From NCBI GenBank assembly GCA_963816145.1, contig CAWFJP010000017.1, positions 64,001 to 128,000 on the forward strand: a stretch of 64,000 nucleotides of DNA. Direction: 5' to 3'. The notes under the pieces were generated by a model. It was not told the origin of the DNA, did not search any database, and was given only the letters and a program-made list of their open reading frames with translations. This stretch comes from an uncultured delta proteobacterium (GTDB lineage Bacteria; Desulfobacterota; Binatia; UBA9968). Position 1 is the first letter of the stretch; each line of letters opens with the position of its first letter. Shown here one piece after another: positions 29,674-40,489 of the stretch. Made by a program: the position numbers and the translations under genes.

Positions 29674-30933
29674 TTACCGGCCGAACAGCCCTTTCAAGAC
29701 GTTGATGCCTTCCTTCAGCAGGTCACCCGCCGGGATTCCACGTTGGGCAGTATCGCCTTCTGGTTGTGCGCCCGCGCTGTCGCTGCCAAGCCCGCGTCCG
29801 CGCGGCGCGCCGGCCATACTCCCTTCGCCGAGGATCGCCGCTGCAGTGGACTTCAAACGTATCTTGGCGGTCCATTCCTGGTTCCACTCGACCTTGGGAT
29901 CCTGCGGCCGCGGCGGATGGACGAAATTGGCTTCTTCGCCATAGGCGATAAAACGCACGAATGCCGCAGGCGCAGCGGCAACGAACTGCGCCGGCACGAT
30001 GCATTCGGTGGTTGCGCTCGGCAATACCACCTTCTCTGTCACCAGGCGCGCTACCTCGCCCGGCGCCAGCCAGGTCATCAGTTGATCGCCGAACTCGCGG
30101 CTGTTGCTCGAACTCCAGAACACGATATCTTCAGTGCCCTCCTTGCTGCCCATCGCGGATGCATAGTAGCCATGCGCGTTGCCAACGCCGTTCCACGACA
30201 GCTTGATGCCGCTGCCGGACTTGACCATCGCCAGAATCACGGGTTCCATGAAATCGTATTTGTCGGCTAGCGCAAACCGGATGTCCGGCGAGTAGTTGCC
30301 CTTGACCATGTGCTCGCCGCGCAGGCTGGCATCACGGGGCACGCGCTGGCTGTCGCGCTGGTTTGGCCAGTCGCCGTAGGTGCGGCTTCGCGAAGGCGAC
30401 GGACCGCGCTGCACGTTGACGCGACGGCTGGTCAGACCCTGCGGCACTTCGCCCTGGGTCATGCGCGCAAAATCAACGACGTAAGGCTGTCCCGGCCCGG
30501 CCTGCTCGCCGCAACCCCAGTAGATCAGCATGCGTCCGCGCGGTTTCTCGAAGTTCTCGGGCATGCCGTCTTCGCGCGGCTCGGGGCGACGCGCCTGCTG
30601 CGGCGTTTCCAGCGGCAGGCTGGCGCCCATCTTGAGTCCCGTGGGAATCTCATGCGATGCCGCCGGCGCGCCGCTCGCGCTGCGCTGTGACCCCAGTTCC
30701 AGCAGCATCGAGCGGTTCGCGCCGCCCTCCATGCCGCCGCCGAGCATCATGCGGCCGATGTCCATCGCAGGCATGCCGCCGCCGCTGCCCATGCCGCCCA
30801 TCGGCAGGCCGCTCGTGGTATCGATGCTCATCCAGTACGTGGCGACCGGTGGTGTCACTTTCTGCTGCTGGGTCAGCGCGGTGGCCGGTAATGCAGCCAG
30901 CGCCAGAATGGCAAGACGAATCGGGGTTTTCAC
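29674..30933 (-). CDS. Secreted hypothetical protein
   Basis: Long GC-rich ORF; signal peptide after GTG with GAAGGAG RBS; Gly/Met-rich linker. Confidence 0.7.
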   Translation of the reverse strand: MKTPIRLAILALAALPATALTQQQKVTPPVATYWMSIDTTSGLPMGGMGSGGGMPAMDIGRMMLGGGMEGGANRSMLLELGSQRSASGAPAASHEIPTGLKMGASLPLETPQQARRPEPREDGMPENFEKPRGRMLIYWGCGEQAGPGQPYVVDFARMTQGEVPQGLTSRRVNVQRGPSPSRSRTYGDWPNQRDSQRVPRDASLRGEHMVKGNYSPDIRFALADKYDFMEPVILAMVKSGSGIKLSWNGVGNAHGYYASAMGSKEGTEDIVFWSSSNSREFGDQLMTWLAPGEVARLVTEKVVLPSATTECIVPAQFVAAAPAAFVRFIAYGEEANFVHPPRPQDPKVEWNQEWTAKIRLKSTAAAILGEGSMAGAPRGRGLGSDSAGAQPEGDTAQRGIPAGDLLKEGINVLKGLFGR

Positions 30934-31087
30934 TTCATGCTCCTTCGGTTGCAAGATTGCTTGGGGACGCGCTCAGGGATACGCATTCTCGGCGCGGCCG
31001 GTGATTAGAAAATGGAAGTAACCGCTGATGAACAGGTTATGGTCGATGATCGGGTCGCGTCTTGCATTGCATAAACCTGTATTGACA

Positions 31088-31345
31088 AATCTTATCCCCA
31101 GGATTTCTCGCTCACTTTTGCCTGCTGCCTATCGTCCTACTTCGCCTCGAGTATCTGTATCACTCGACTCACGACGGCGGGCTCGATTTCATAAACGCCG
31201 TTCACCATCTTTTCTATGAGACCTGTGGGGACGCTGTCAAGCCGGGAAAGCAGGACAAGCCTTCTAGCTCGCCGCGAATGTCGGCAGCCATCCGCCGAGA
31301 GGACTGAGACCAATGAGATCGCGCTGCGTCGATGCGCGGCCCGGC
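31088..31345 (-). pseudogene. Chimeric scar: 3' end of a TctC gene joined to 3' end of the ATP-grasp gene
   Basis: 31137-31215 matches 28195-28275 and 44538-44615; 31245-31345 matches ~40768-40865. Confidence 0.8.
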
Positions 31346-31446
31346 TCACAGCGAACCGGCTAATCGTCAGCCGAGGCATCGATTTCTCGAACTATTGGCG
31401 ATAATAGTGGCGTTAAGAATTGACGGACAAGCAAGGAGTGAAAACT

Positions 31447-31866
31447 ATGGCTACTCGATTTACCGGAGGCTGCCTTTGCGGTCGGGTGCGCTACGAATGT
31501 ACCGCCGAGCCGTTTTTTATGGGTAATTGCCACTGCCGCGATTGCCAAAAGGCCGGCGGCGGTGCGTACGAACCTGACATCGGACTGCCGGCCGCGGCGC
31601 TCAATATCACGGGGGCGGTTAAGTATTACGACACCAAAGCCGACAGTGGCAACACCTTGAGCCGCGGTTTTTGTCCCGAGTGCGGTGCGAGTTTGTTCGG
31701 CAAGACCAGCGCTATGCCGGATCTCGCGATGATCACGGCGGGGAGCCTCGACGACCCGAGCTTGTATAAGCCGACCTTGGACATTTTCACATCCAGCGCC
31801 CAGCCGTGGGATCACATGAATCCGGCGCTGGCCAAATTTCCCAAAATGCCGCCGATAGGAAGCTAG
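31447..31866 (+). CDS. GFA/CENP-V family Zn-binding protein
   Basis: 'GGCLCG.VRY', 'CHCRDCQK', 'FCPECG'. Confidence 0.92.
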   Translation: MATRFTGGCLCGRVRYECTAEPFFMGNCHCRDCQKAGGGAYEPDIGLPAAALNITGAVKYYDTKADSGNTLSRGFCPECGASLFGKTSAMPDLAMITAGSLDDPSLYKPTLDIFTSSAQPWDHMNPALAKFPKMPPIGS

Positions 31867-31935
31867 GCCGGTGCCGTCGACGCTGCACTGTAATGCTTAA
31901 ATTCGCCGCGAATCGAAGTTCCGCGTTGTGTTTGA

Positions 31936-31969
31936 TTGAACGATTTAAACGGAGCAAAGCGGTTGAACG
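31936..31969 (+). repeat. 34-bp TTGAAC-rich repeat, inverted partner at 33209-33242
   Basis: ttgaacgatttaaacggagcaaagcggttgaacg vs reverse complement of 33209-33242, 33/34. Confidence 0.85.
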
Positions 31970-32028
31970 GTTTGAACGACTTAAACTGGCCGCCGCATTG
32001 AACCACCGGCCGGAGAGGTAAATACATT

Positions 32029-33135
32029 ATGACGCTCATCATCAATAACCAAGAAGTGGAACAGCTCCTCACCATGGAGGACACCCTTGCGGCGCTCGAA
32101 CAATCTTATTTGCAGCTCGCCGCCCAGGAGGCGGTCTGCCGGCCGCGCATCGACATCCGTATTCCGACCAGCGATCCGGCGCGGAACTACCAGTGGGGCA
32201 CCATGGAGGGAGGATCGACCGCCGGCTACTTCGCCATCCGCATGAAGTCCGACATCATTTATGAAAAAGACTACAATGGTATCGTCACGCAGGAAAAATA
32301 CTGCATGCGGCCCGGCCTTTACTGCGGCCTGATCCTGCTGACCTCGGTAGAGAACGCCGAGCCGCTGGCGTTCATCAACGACGGCTACCTGCAGCACATG
32401 CGGGTCGGCGCCGACGGCGGCATCGGCGTGAAGTACCTGGCGAACCAAGACGCGGAGGTGGTCGGCATGCTCGGCGCCGGCGGCATGGCGCGCACGCATA
32501 TGGAAGCGTTCACGCGCGTGCGCAAAATCGACAAGCTGCAGGTGTTCAGCCCGACGCGCGCAAGCCGCGAGCGCTTCGGCCGCGAGATGGCGGAGAAATA
32601 CAATATCGAGGTAAAAGTCTGCAGCCGTCCCGAAGAGGTCTACAAAGGCGCGCATATCCTGGCCGCCCTCACCGATTCCGCGGTCGAAGTGACCGACGGC
32701 TCACTGCTCGAAAAAGGCACCCATATCGTCGTGGTCGGCGGCACCGGCAAACCGGACGCCGAAAGCCTGAAGCGGGTCGACGTCTACCTGCGCTTCGGCG
32801 ACACGCCGGCGCCCACCGGCCATCCCGAGCTCGCCACCGACGCCGAGCATGTCGGCTACGAGGCGCGCCCACAGCAACCGAAGTATGGCGACGGCCGCCG
32901 CGACCGGCGCAAGCACGGCAACACCCTGCCGGATCGCCGCGTCACGCTTGCTGACCTGGTTAACGGCAAGGTGAAAGGGCGTAGCTCGCCGGATCAGATT
33001 ACTTACTCCGAGCGCGGCAATCTGCAGGGCGCCCAGTTCCACGCGGTGGCGGGCAAGGTCTACGAGCTCGCCAAGCAAGCCGGCGTCGGCCGCGAGATTC
33101 CCACCGAATGGTTTCTGCAGGACATTCGCGATTGA
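32029..33135 (+). CDS. Ornithine cyclodeaminase/mu-crystallin family protein
   Basis: 'YLQHMRVGA...G..YLA', 'GMLGAGGMA.TH', 'VFSPT', 'GAQFHAVA..VY'. Confidence 0.88.
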   Translation: MTLIINNQEVEQLLTMEDTLAALEQSYLQLAAQEAVCRPRIDIRIPTSDPARNYQWGTMEGGSTAGYFAIRMKSDIIYEKDYNGIVTQEKYCMRPGLYCGLILLTSVENAEPLAFINDGYLQHMRVGADGGIGVKYLANQDAEVVGMLGAGGMARTHMEAFTRVRKIDKLQVFSPTRASRERFGREMAEKYNIEVKVCSRPEEVYKGAHILAALTDSAVEVTDGSLLEKGTHIVVVGGTGKPDAESLKRVDVYLRFGDTPAPTGHPELATDAEHVGYEARPQQPKYGDGRRDRRKHGNTLPDRRVTLADLVNGKVKGRSSPDQITYSERGNLQGAQFHAVAGKVYELAKQAGVGREIPTEWFLQDIRD

Positions 33136-33208
33136 GCGGCTTTGTCTCAAAAATAACGCCCGTTCCAAAGGTTCCAGTCGTTCCACCCGGGAGTAAACGC
33201 GTTTAAAA

Positions 33209-33242
33209 CGTTCAACCGCTTTGCTCCGTTCAAATCGTTCAA
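33209..33242 (-). repeat. Inverted partner of 31936-31969
   Basis: cgttcaaccgctttgctccgttcaaatcgttcaa. Confidence 0.85.
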
Positions 33243-33943
33243 AACGTTAGAAGACGAAGAGAACTGCGAGCCGCGTTCGGGTCACAGACTTCGACAACTC
33301 GACCTGGCTTTTCGCTGCGAAGAAGTTGCAGGGGTCGCGTTAATCTTGCCGGATTCAGATTCGCGGCACCAAAAGAACGTCTCGGGCGGTGGCCGCTTCA
33401 TTAACGAAAGCAACACAAACACTGGGAAATTCACCACAGAAAATCGTCAGCTAGCGGGAGCTCGGCCTAGTCGAGGTGCAAAGTTTTTCGAGCAAGGAAA
33501 TACCGCTCGCCGATCTTTGGCTTGCCATCACGCCGGTGTTTTCCGAGTTGCGCTGTCAGAGCCTTGCCCGCTCAAGGTCTTTATGCCAGAAACCAACCCA
33601 TGCCGTAGATCAATAACGGCAGCAGCGCGATGAAGACGATCACTGCGACGCCAATTGCGGCGATCCTAGCAAGTCGCGGCAAGCCTTGCATTTAGCCCAC
33701 CTCCCACCTGGCTTCGATGGATAGATCAGCTGATCGAGCGCCCGGTCGACTGGGTTATTTTTGGACTTGAACAGCTTTCGCGCAGCCTCAACATAATCGA
33801 ATTTCCGTACGACCAACTTACGGCGCCGCAAAAGCCGGTGGCGACAAAAAATCTATTTTAGGTTCTTAACAAAATGCATCGGCCGAGCCGTCGTAACGGA
33901 GTGCGCGCAGCGCATTTGTCGCCTAACAATTCTCGGGTTCGAT

Positions 33944-34290
33944 ATGCAGAAATCGCAAGAAGCATGCCACTATAAAAATCCATCAATTCTCCGATCTCCA
34001 TCCACCGGGATGTTGCCAACGAATGACGACTTTATGAAAGTCGTCAGCAATGGCATCCGCTGGACCGGGATAGTGGGACGCGGTGGCCTAACCGAATCCG
34101 AGCGCCGCGCCGTGGTTCAATTTCTCAGAACTTCTTCGCCGCGCTTCGCCAACGATATTTTACAATCGCCCATTATCGTTTCGCCCGAACCGGCGCGCAG
34201 TCGAGGACTGGTCGCCTAAGGACGCCGGTTATACCGAGATTCGGACTGCCCTAAGTGTCATGGCGAGCGCGGCGATGGTAAAGGCATTCC
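33944..34290 (+). pseudogene. c-type cytochrome remnant with in-frame TAA
   Basis: 'LRS..TG.LPT..D....V..GI..TG....LTE.ER.AVV.F' then TAA (34217) followed in frame by GRRLY...CPKCHGERGDGKG. Confidence 0.7.
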
Positions 34291-34722
34291 GCGCGAGATG
34301 CTCGGCGAAGAACAACCAACCGAGGTTAACAACTGTTACTCGCAGCAAAATCCTTTTTTTACGATTGCGGAATCCAGAAATGAATCAGGCTTGGCAAAAC
34401 AAGTCGCCGTTCGCACTGTGGCAGAAAGGAAACTAGGCGAGGCAGGATGTCACAGTTGCTCGCTCGAGTCGCGCATTATTGCAAAAAAACTGCTCATCAC
34501 TTTTTGGCACGACCTATGCTCACTTTCTCGGTTGGAATGACCCATTTTAGCGGGATTTGCAAAATGCGCCGTTTCCACTAGACGCTTGATCCGATACGGC
34601 CCGCGACGGTAAAGTCGGTGCCGGAGAACTGTTGCTAATGGCCTAATTCATAACCACCGTATTTGTAGAAGTGAATCGTCGTACAGTTCGTCGTTAATTA
34701 GGCTCTAAAAGAGTTTCTCTGG

Positions 34723-35556
34723 ATGAATGCCATGACAAACGATTTAGAAGAGGGAGTTTCACTATTCTATAATAAAGTGGCGTGGAAAACAGAAGGAGGA
34801 ATCACTGAAGCCGCCAGAAGATGGGAGGATCTAAGAGAGCATGCCAGGGCGTATGTAAGCCAATCTCGATTAAGAGTTTTACGTCACATACCCGAAAGCG
34901 GCGTAAATATACTCGATATGGGATCTGGACCCATACAGTTTAATGAGTATTTGGAGTATTCGAGGAATTTTGAGAAGAGGTATTGTGTTGATTTATCTTT
35001 GGGAGCTTTAGAAGATGCCAGGCGGAAGATCGGCGATCACGGTGTGTTTTTGCACGGCAGTTTTTTCGATATTCCTCTGGAAGACAACTTCTTTGATTGC
35101 ACAGTGAGCCTCCTTACTATCTTTAATATCGATAAGAACAAACAGGAGGAGGCGGTGCGAAAATTGCTCAGAGTAACCAAGCCAGGAAAACCAGTGATTA
35201 TTGTATATAGAAATCCAAATACAATTATTTCCTTCCTAAGATTGCCTATTCGCGTGCTCCGAAAAGCACAAACTGCCTTTACGAAGTGGAATAGAATGCC
35301 AAGGCGGGAAGACGGCTCGACCTTATATTATTACGTACACGCTATTGAATGGTGGAATAGGTTTAGTGATATTGCGACCGTAAAGATGTTGCCATGGCGT
35401 TCCTTTGATTCAAATCTTCAGAAAGCATTAATACCAAACAACAAACTTGGCAGTAAGATGTTTGATTTATTGTTTGCACTCGAAGGACGCTTTCCTGTGT
35501 TTTTTGTGAAACATTTTGAATATTGCATGATCATACTTACCAAAAGAGTAAGCTAA
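34723..35556 (+). CDS. Class I SAM-dependent methyltransferase (AT-rich)
   Basis: 'ILDMGSG', 'VDLS', 'PLEDNFFD', 'LRVTKPG'. Confidence 0.85.
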   Translation: MNAMTNDLEEGVSLFYNKVAWKTEGGITEAARRWEDLREHARAYVSQSRLRVLRHIPESGVNILDMGSGPIQFNEYLEYSRNFEKRYCVDLSLGALEDARRKIGDHGVFLHGSFFDIPLEDNFFDCTVSLLTIFNIDKNKQEEAVRKLLRVTKPGKPVIIVYRNPNTIISFLRLPIRVLRKAQTAFTKWNRMPRREDGSTLYYYVHAIEWWNRFSDIATVKMLPWRSFDSNLQKALIPNNKLGSKMFDLLFALEGRFPVFFVKHFEYCMIILTKRVS

Positions 35557-35682
35557 GACGCCGTACGTGCGCGCTGTGCAGCGACCGTCTATAGCGGCAT
35601 ATAAGCTTCGTCGTTTGCTGATGCTCCGTTGGCATTCATTCCCTGTACAACGTCCCTTCTATTTAGGTAAGATTGTGTCCCA

Positions 35683-37647
35683 ATGGCCGTAAGCTTAAAC
35701 GAACATATACGGGCCAAGTGCTTTCATCCGAATGGCGCGTTTGTTGAGTTCGAGAAGGACGAAGTCGAAACATCGATTCCCGAGCGGTTCGAGAATATTG
35801 TAAGGCGACATCCAGATCGGTTGGCGGTTAGGACAAAAGAACATGCAAGAACTTATGACGAACTGAACAAAGAGGCTAATCGGGTCGCTCGAGCCATTTT
35901 GGAGCAGCGGGATGAGGAAGCGCAGCCTGTCGGCCTTTTGCTCGATCATGACGCGCCGGTCATCGCGGCGTTGCTGGGGGCATTGAAAGCCGGTAAGTTT
36001 TACGTGCCGTTGGACCCTTCAAGTCCCCAAAGCAGGCTTGGATATATGCTGAAAGATTCAGATGCGCGTCTGCTTGTCACCAACGGGCGAAATCTTTCGT
36101 TGGCCCGCCAACTGGCTCAGAATAGCTTTCAAATTATCAACATCGATGAGCTTGACTCTAGTCTTTCAAGCGGCAATCTGGGCCTGTCGATTTCATCGAA
36201 GAGAATTGCCTGCATTCTCTACACGTCAGGTTCGACCGGACAACCCAAGGGAGTCCTCCAGAATCATCAAAATGTGTTGCACTTCACTATGACCTACACG
36301 AACGACCTGCATATCTGCACAGACGATCGACTGGCACTTCTACATTACACTAGCGTTTCTGCTTCCATGAGAAATTTATTTGGCGCCTTGCTCAATGGTG
36401 CCGCTATCTTTCCCCTGGACTTTCGGATGATGGGGATGAGTCATCTTATCGCCTGGCTGATAGAGCAAGAAATTACCATCTATCATTCTACCCCAACAAT
36501 GTTTCGCCATTTTGTGGAGTCTGTGGCGGGGATGGATCAGTTTCCTAAACTTCGTTTGATCATTTTATCGGGCGAAGCAGCCACTAAAAGTGACGCGATG
36601 GGTTATCAAGCAAATTTCTCCCCCCACTGTGTCTTCGTGAATATGTGGGGCGCGACTGAGACCGGCTTTGTCAGCCAGTACTTCATTGACAAAGAATCCG
36701 TGATATCGAGTCATACGGTGCCCATTGGCTACGCGATCCAGGATAAGCAAATTCTTTTGCTCGACGAGAGTGGCACCGCAATTGGTTTCAACGAGATTGG
36801 CGAAATCGCCATCAGGAGCCGCTACCTATCCCCTGGATATTGGAGAAGACCTGCTGCGGACCGAGCGGCATTCTTGTCCAATCCATGTGAAGCGGTTGAC
36901 CGGATCTATCGAACAGGGGACCTGGGCCGCATGTTACAAGATGGCTGTGTACTATATCGTGAGCGTAAAGATTTTCAGGTAAAAATCCGTGGTAACCGAG
37001 TAGACCTTGCTGAGGCCGAAGCGGCGCTGCTCGAGCATCCTCTTATTAAAGAAGGTGTCATTGTGGCAAGGGAGGACCCACTCGGAAATAGTCGTTTGGT
37101 GGCCTACGTGACCTCCAACAGAAATTCTGCACCTAACGTTAGCGAGCTGCGAGACTTCTTAAAGGAAAAGCTTCCCGACTACATGATCCCTTCAGCGTTT
37201 GTCTTGCTCGATGCTCTACCTCATACTCCTAATGCTAAGATCGATCGCAACGCCCTTCCCGCGCCGGGGCAAACCAGACCCAAGCTCCAAGTTGCTTTTT
37301 TGCCACCCGCCACTCCCACGGAGCAAACTCTGGTTCAGGTCTGGGCAGATGTTCTCAAGCTCGATCAGGTAGGTGTCGACGACAATTTTTTCGACCTCGG
37401 CGGCAATTCTCTTTTAGCGTCGCAGGTCATCTCGAGGGTAATCAAGACGTTCACCATAGAGCTCCCTATGGCTTTACTGTTTGATTCGCCCACTGTAGCG
37501 AAGATGGCCGTTGTGATCGACGATCATCAGGGGAAATTTCTAGGTGAAAAGGAGTTAGCGAACATCCTGGATGAATTGGAATCGCTGCCGGATGAAAAGG
37601 CGAACAGCTTACTGCGAAGATTGAAACCAAAAAATGAATTATCCTGA
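35683..37647 (+). CDS. Stand-alone NRPS-like adenylation-thiolation (A-T) protein
   Basis: 'YTSGSTGQPKGV', 'YRTGDLG', 'QVKIRG', 'NAKIDR'; carrier 'FFDLGGNSL'. Confidence 0.92.
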   Translation: MAVSLNEHIRAKCFHPNGAFVEFEKDEVETSIPERFENIVRRHPDRLAVRTKEHARTYDELNKEANRVARAILEQRDEEAQPVGLLLDHDAPVIAALLGALKAGKFYVPLDPSSPQSRLGYMLKDSDARLLVTNGRNLSLARQLAQNSFQIINIDELDSSLSSGNLGLSISSKRIACILYTSGSTGQPKGVLQNHQNVLHFTMTYTNDLHICTDDRLALLHYTSVSASMRNLFGALLNGAAIFPLDFRMMGMSHLIAWLIEQEITIYHSTPTMFRHFVESVAGMDQFPKLRLIILSGEAATKSDAMGYQANFSPHCVFVNMWGATETGFVSQYFIDKESVISSHTVPIGYAIQDKQILLLDESGTAIGFNEIGEIAIRSRYLSPGYWRRPAADRAAFLSNPCEAVDRIYRTGDLGRMLQDGCVLYRERKDFQVKIRGNRVDLAEAEAALLEHPLIKEGVIVAREDPLGNSRLVAYVTSNRNSAPNVSELRDFLKEKLPDYMIPSAFVLLDALPHTPNAKIDRNALPAPGQTRPKLQVAFLPPATPTEQTLVQVWADVLKLDQVGVDDNFFDLGGNSLLASQVISRVIKTFTIELPMALLFDSPTVAKMAVVIDDHQGKFLGEKELANILDELESLPDEKANSLLRRLKPKNELS

Positions 37648-37761
37648 GTGTCGCTTAGTCTATGGAAGTCATCAATAATTTCAAACAAACCAAACCTGCA
37701 CGTGATAGTAGGCTGTGAGGCGATAGCGTTTTGCACAAGCGTTTAGGTGCGGCGTTATTCT

Positions 37762-38090
37762 CTAACATTTTTCCGTAAAAACCTCCGCCGCGTTCGTTGG
37801 CGAGTCGCACCAAGCTTTCGCAAACTGCCGGGGTCGAAATCGTTCAACAACCTCCGTTAGTTCCTCCGCTTCCACTTTCCCCCAAAGACCATCGCTACAC
37901 AGCAGCATCTGATCGCCGCTTTGTAGCTGACTCGATGTGATAACGACGTCGGTCTCGGGTTGTACTCCTAGGGCCTGGAGGATGACGTTCCTAGGCGGAT
38001 GAGTTTTCGCCTCATGGAAACTTAACTGGCCCATGGCGACCATTTGGGCAACCAAGCTCTGATCCTTAGTCAATTGAGTAAGGTTACCAT
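37762..38090 (-). pseudogene. C-terminal fragment of PP2C-type Ser/Thr phosphatase
   Basis: 'QLTKDQSLV...RNVILQALG...GD..LLCSDGL'; N-terminus absent, replaced by a GGGGTC repeat at ~38106. Confidence 0.75.
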
Positions 38091-38268
38091 CGGGATCGGG
38101 TTGATGGGGTCGCGTCTTACAGTGCAATGCATTATGGGGAAGAAAATGTACTGGGAGTCTTTTTTCGCCTCCTGCGATTGATTGCTCACCGGTGCGGGGC
38201 TATAGCTCCCATCAGAGAAGAAGGATGGTTAATTTGCCGATCCATAAGCGGTCCGGGATAGATCCATC

Positions 38269-38925
38269 ATGAGAGAGACGAAAGGTCACAGGGTACTTAT
38301 CCTGTTAGCGGCGGGGTTGCTATTCGCGGCAAGCGGGTGCGCCGTCAAAAGAATCGTCAGCCAGTGGAGCAATCCCGACTACGCGAACGCAGCGCGGGTT
38401 TTTAAAAAGATCATGGTGGTCGGAGCCATTGAACAAGAAGCCATCCGGCGCAACCTTGAAGATCGGTTTGTCGCCGCGCTGCGCGCGGCCGGCGTCGATG
38501 CATTGCCAAGTTACCGGCTCGTCGCAGACCCTGGAAAAGATATCGAGGGGAGTGTCAAAGCGGCCGTGCAAAGCGCCGGCGCCGACGGCGTGCTCGTCAC
38601 TCGGTTAATACGAGTTGAGCAGCGCACCGATGCGAGCCCAGGCGATTTCCCGCCCAACTTCGGATTTGGCTATTATAATTGGTACTATCCGGGATGGTAC
38701 GGCGCCGGCTTCTACACGCCGCCAAGCTACTATCAGTATCCGGTATATTACTCCGAGACCACGCTGTCTGACGCAACCAGGAATGAGATTGTCTGGACCG
38801 GCACGGTCCGCACCATCGACCCGGAGAACGCCAATGAGGCGATTGCAGAGTACGTCGCCACGGTTGTCACCGCGCTGAAGGACAATCAATTGCTACCCGG
38901 GACATCGCCGCGAGGCGGCTTGTAG
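38269..38925 (+). CDS. Putative lipoprotein (DUF4136-like)
   Basis: Lipobox 'AASGC'; Tyr/Gly-rich loop; 'IVWTG'. Confidence 0.65.
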   Translation: MRETKGHRVLILLAAGLLFAASGCAVKRIVSQWSNPDYANAARVFKKIMVVGAIEQEAIRRNLEDRFVAALRAAGVDALPSYRLVADPGKDIEGSVKAAVQSAGADGVLVTRLIRVEQRTDASPGDFPPNFGFGYYNWYYPGWYGAGFYTPPSYYQYPVYYSETTLSDATRNEIVWTGTVRTIDPENANEAIAEYVATVVTALKDNQLLPGTSPRGGL

Positions 38926-39196
38926 GTACTTCATCCTATGCAGGCAGTCGTGGAATAACTTCCTGCTGACGGAGAGTAAATGCACGGGGGAGTCTTTTCT
39001 CGCCTCTGAGTTACACTCTCTTTATCCAAGCAAAATTTATCGGAGGGACGATGCTCTGCCAATCCTTTAGTTCAGCGTTGATGGGGTCTCGTCTTCCACT
39101 GCAATAAATGTATGAGCGCAATTCCCGGCCTGGACTCGGCGTCCGCACTCGGACTCGCAACTCTTGTTACGCATAAGATTGCGCATACGACGGCCT

Positions 39197-40489
39197 TTAG
39201 GCCTGCTTATGCCGTATGCCGGCAAGATCCTCCGCGCGCAGCCGGTAGCGTATGACGTTGCCCTCATGCAGACCGTGAAACTCCTGGCCAACGTAGCTGA
39301 CGACCCGCTTACGGTCCGCATCCGGGATGCCTGCCTCGACGGCCATGGCCATGACGTTTTCAGGACGGAAATCTTTCCAGTCAAGCACCCAGCTGCGCAC
39401 AGCCTCGCGGACGAAATCGCGATAGACCAATGCCGCCTTTTCCGGTGTATCGACTTCGGCCCGGAACACTTTGTAGTTCTGCGCCGAAGCCAGATATGCG
39501 TCGATGTAAACCCCTCGTAACAGGGAAACGTTGTTCAACTCGTAAACGCCAATAAGACCGTCGATATACTCGCCGTCGTTCATGGTGAGAAACGAGAGCG
39601 GCGCGAGGTCGGCTTTCAACAACGGAACATTGGACACAATGCGCGAAGTTCGCTTGTTCACATCCTCGAACGCCTGCAAATAGGGGATGTGAACCAGCAG
39701 GAAGAAGGACTGCTCGAACGGGTCCGTGATTGCCGTGGCTTTTTGAACAAGGATGTCAAACTCCTCCTCGATCGCGAACCGGTCGTCAAGCGGGCTGTAG
39801 CTTGAATGGGAAATGCCGACGGTCATGCGGCGCAGCCGTCCCGCCATGGCCGGGTCGGCAAGAAGGCCGTCGGCGAGCAGTGCGTGAATATTGCATAGAT
39901 CGCTGCGGCCGATCGTTATCTGGGCGAGATTGTCGACGACATATTGGATGGCTTCCTTGTGATTGAGGATCATGACCGCTTCCTTGCGGTCCTTGCCGGA
40001 GGCTTCTTCCCCGAAGCGGATCATCCGCTCGGTTTGAAGAATATTGTAGGTGTTCCCTTCCATGCGCGATGAGGCCCAGGAAAGGTCCACGAGAAGCTTT
40101 TAAAGTATACGACGCGCATATGTGCCGGCAGGAACCGGCAGCGGCTGTTGCCGTCCGGCCTCGTGCAACCGCTGCTGGTCATTCCCGCTGAGATAGAACG
40201 TCTTGTTCGGGAGATCGCGATCGACAAATTCCTTCGAGTAGGTCACCAGCCTTCGGCGGTTATAGGGCGTTTGCACATGAGCGCGCACGACGGCCGGACC
40301 TGCTAGGCTGTAGCCGGTGGCGCGGGCTTTGCCCGAAACCTCAAGCTTGCCTTCATCGATAAGTTTCTTAAGGGCGCGCCAGATCGTTGGCGGGCTTACG
40401 TCGGGAGCGACGTGCTGCCGGATATCATCGCGGCCCGCGCCGGGATGCGCTGCAATGTAGTCCAGTAAAGCTTGGTTATTGAGTGCCAT
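39197..40489 (-). pseudogene. Fic family protein with N-terminal HTH, interrupted by in-frame TAA at 40100-40102
   Basis: Reads ...YARRIL*KLLVDLSWASSRMEGNTY in one frame; Fic-like motif 'YLQAFEDVNKRTSR'. Confidence 0.85.

Noticed and set aside
31936-33250. TTGAAC repeats or the TGAAACGAT array as a CRISPR array
   Set aside because: No regular repeat-spacer periodicity, units are too short, and there are no cas genes.
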